IMG/VR virus record: IMGVR_UViG_3300028832_002790 | Coordinates: 1 to 64,000 of that record | Direction: 5' to 3' (one strand) | Origin: a virus | Taxonomy: Duplodnaviria; Caudoviricetes | DNA length: 64,000 bases | Part shown: positions 61,657 through 64,000 of the stretch, piece by piece | Position numbering within the stretch: position 1 is the first letter of the stretch | How the letters are laid out: each line of letters starts with the position of its first letter | Program-made: the position numbers and the translations under genes | The notes under the pieces: model-generated | What the model was told of the DNA's origin: nothing | Database searches by the model: none | The model's input: the letters and a program-made list of their open reading frames with translations, nothing else

Positions 61657-64000
61657 CTACAGTCCCAAAATGTCATTCAAATCGACAGCCTCTTCTAGCG
61701 TTGGGTCGATCTCCGGCCAACCAACGACCTCGAAACACTTCTGGACGCACGACCACACGGTCTTCAGGAACATAGTCCTGTCGTCGATGACGAGATCCTT
61801 CTCCCACTCCGTTGGGATCTTCTTCTTGAACGCGAACGACTTCAGCCCAAAACGGTTCGGCTCCTTCACGTAGATAATGCGGATCTTGTCGCCCTCGGTG
61901 ATCTTCTCGTACTTTCTGTCGAGCCCCTCGTCGCGGAGCATCTCGTTGAATGTGATTCCGGCGACAACCTGACGCGGAGTGCCCTTCGCTGGCACGAACT
62001 TCCCGTCCCTGTCTCTCGTCCCCTTGTCATAGTACTCCTGCATCTTGTTGCACCCGATGGCCACCGACTTCTCAAGAGTCGTAAGCTTCTGGTACTCCAT
62101 CCAGCATTTTTTGGCGAGATCTACGATCTTCGAACGATCCTGCGTCTTGATGGCGGTTTCGATGATTCCACGGATCATCGGCTTGACCTTCTCCGGCGTG
62201 GAGGAACGCACGACCGACATTCCGTGATAAGTGATCTTGTCGCAAAGAACCCCCTCATCGTCCATAACATGGAGAGCGTACATCTTCTTGGCGAGCCAGA
62301 TTCCGCCGTTGGGGGCGATGGCCTCGCGCTTGAATACGATGCACGGGCTCTTGCAATTGCGGTGCTCCCGCAGGAACTTGTCGATCTCCGAATTGACATA
62401 ATCGGAAATCTCGTCGACGATCGGATAGACGTCCGGGTTGATCGCGCCGTCCGTTATCATGCTCATACCGCGCTTCTTCAGGATCGGATCGATCGTAAGA
62501 TAGGCGGAATCCGTGTCCTGATAGATGGTGGCGTTGAACGATTCCTCGCCGATCATCGACCCGACCTTCCGGTTCACGATGTCGGCCGTCTTCTTGATGA
62601 CCTCTCGTCCAAGCGAAGTGATGGACTTCGACAGGTCGAGGTCGAACATGGCACCGTGCTTCTCGCCCATGGCACCGTAGATCGAATTCAGCTGGATCTT
62701 GGCGAGCCACTGTCTGATGTTAAGGAAGCTCGCCTCGTCCTCGATCGCTTTGATCTCGGCTTCGGTTCCTGTTCCGTTCATACGCATCTCCGACGCCTTC
62801 TTTTCCAGTTCGAGCATCTTCTTCTTCGTGCTCTTTCTTACGCCATACAGCCTTTCGACCAGAGCGGGGATGATGCCCTGTCTGCTCTGCGTGTACATAA
62901 CGCCGTTCGGCGCGATGGCCACGCCGCTTCTATTCACGAAGTCGTCAAACTGATCCTTCGTGAACCTGCGGCCCTTGCCGGACACCGTTCTGACGTCTAC
63001 GGACTGGCCGTCCTCCGTATAGCAATACCAGCCAACCTTCGTTTCGTTCGAAATGTTCAGCGTCCTGATGGCGGACGGATACAGGGAATTCACGTCGAGC
63101 GAAACGATCGACCGGGAGAACCCGATCTGAGGCTCGGCCACGTATCCTCCCTCGAACTCGACCTTGGCGTCCGAATTATCGAACGATGAAATGATGCGGT
63201 TCCTCTTAAGCGCCTCAAGCGCCTCCAACCCCGTGATGATCGGAAGGGTGGACAGCGAATCTCCGATCGGGGCGAGCGCGGAATACGACATGTGTCGGCA
63301 CAGCTGCATATACTTCAGCTTGTCCTCCAGCTTCACGAGCAAACGGACGTCCTGAATGTTATAGTCGATGAACTCTCTCGGATTGTTGATCCACCATTCG
63401 GCGAGGGATCCGTCGTATTCCAGCTTCTGTCCGAGCCCCTCTGCGGAGCACACCGAGTTGAGGGAATACGATTCCAGCTTCTTCGGCGAGAATTTATAAT
63501 ACGCCGCCTGCATATCGATGTGCGTAACGCCCTCGATCGTCCAAAGCTGGTCGTAGATCCTCTCCACAGCACCAAACCGCTTCTTGCAGTCCTCCTTGTG
63601 GTATGCCCGTCCCACTGGAGACAGCTTCGCTGCCGCAAACTCGTCCCCGTAGATTCTGGCCAGACGGTTGCAGATGTACGGCATATCGAACCCATATGAG
63701 TACCAGCCGGACACGATGTCGGGAAAATGCTTCCTCCACCACCTGACGAACCCACGAAGCATCTCGTTCTCGTTCTTGTAGTAACGGTAGATAACGTCGT
63801 CGTCCTTTTCGAAGTATGTGCATCCGTTTCCGAACACGGTGTAGTGCTTGGTAATGGAATCGTACACGGTTATGACGGTAATCTCGTCCAGCGCCTCAAG
63901 AGGATTCGGGAATCCGTTCGGTGAATAAGTCTCGATATCGATGAAGAACACGCGAAGCGGATTCTTCGAGAAATCCGGGTCTTCCTCGTGTCCGTGGAAC
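61657..64000 (-). CDS. Family B DNA polymerase (T4 gp43-like), 5' end outside the window
   Basis: Exo DIETYS, FDMPYI, YNIQD; polymerase DVNSLYPS, KIQLNSIYG, YQDTDS, KKMY; frame open to the window edge. Confidence 0.96.
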   Translation of the reverse strand, partial: FHGHEEDPDFSKNPLRVFFIDIETYSPNGFPNPLEALDEITVITVYDSITKHYTVFGNGCTYFEKDDDVIYRYYKNENEMLRGFVRWWRKHFPDIVSGWYSYGFDMPYICNRLARIYGDEFAAAKLSPVGRAYHKEDCKKRFGAVERIYDQLWTIEGVTHIDMQAAYYKFSPKKLESYSLNSVCSAEGLGQKLEYDGSLAEWWINNPREFIDYNIQDVRLLVKLEDKLKYMQLCRHMSYSALAPIGDSLSTLPIITGLEALEALKRNRIISSFDNSDAKVEFEGGYVAEPQIGFSRSIVSLDVNSLYPSAIRTLNISNETKVGWYCYTEDGQSVDVRTVSGKGRRFTKDQFDDFVNRSGVAIAPNGVMYTQSRQGIIPALVERLYGVRKSTKKKMLELEKKASEMRMNGTGTEAEIKAIEDEASFLNIRQWLAKIQLNSIYGAMGEKHGAMFDLDLSKSITSLGREVIKKTADIVNRKVGSMIGEESFNATIYQDTDSAYLTIDPILKKRGMSMITDGAINPDVYPIVDEISDYVNSEIDKFLREHRNCKSPCIVFKREAIAPNGGIWLAKKMYALHVMDDEGVLCDKITYHGMSVVRSSTPEKVKPMIRGIIETAIKTQDRSKIVDLAKKCWMEYQKLTTLEKSVAIGCNKMQEYYDKGTRDRDGKFVPAKGTPRQVVAGITFNEMLRDEGLDRKYEKITEGDKIRIIYVKEPNRFGLKSFAFKKKIPTEWEKDLVIDDRTMFLKTVWSCVQKCFEVVGWPEIDPTLEEAVDLNDILGL

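Noticed and set aside
1-64000. CRISPR array
   Set aside because: No repeat-spacer periodicity seen; the only repeats are coding tandem repeats
1-64000. Stop-codon reassignment
   Set aside because: Genes of up to 2123 aa and conserved enzymes read uninterrupted in code 11; TAA, TAG and TGA all terminate well-packed genes; no suppressor tRNA

Overview
64 kb segment of a large T4-superfamily-like dsDNA phage genome, standard genetic code, almost all genes on the minus strand. The host is probably an anaerobic diderm, inferred from nrdD/nrdG and a lipoprotein/spanin-like gene. From left to right: a partial BspA/LRR fibre-like gene and a repeat-rich fibre gene; a 2H phosphoesterase; nucleotide-metabolism genes (nrdG, nrdD, metallophosphoesterase, dUTPase) with a DUF262-HNH (GmrSD-like) nuclease; a plus-strand S8 subtilase and a GNGPS-motif glycosyltransferase-like gene; about 23 kb of very large tail/baseplate genes (LamG, PKD, beta-propeller); replication genes (gp45-like clamp, C5 cytosine MTase, gp32 SSB, gp41 helicase, partial family B polymerase); a gp16-like small terminase; a gp5/VgrG-like spike; and a tRNA region at about 55.6-61.4 kb. 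The tRNA region holds 10 recognisable tRNAs, several with non-canonical T-loops or arms, three stranger tRNA-like RNAs, small ORFs, an AAA ATPase and a free-standing homing-type endonuclease. Sigma70-like promoters (TTGACA-17-TANNNT) and T4-late-like (T)ATAAATA promoters are both visible, many with very short or no leaders. The strongest novelty candidates are (i) the tRNA-mimic set: a CCA-less Cys-anticodon mimic, a D-arm-less Ile-UAU RNA with a displaced D-loop motif, and a CCACCA-ended structured RNA; and (ii) a family of late proteins sharing a capsid-targeting-like N-terminus, one of which is the 2H phosphoesterase. All family assignments come from motif recognition by eye; no database searches were run.
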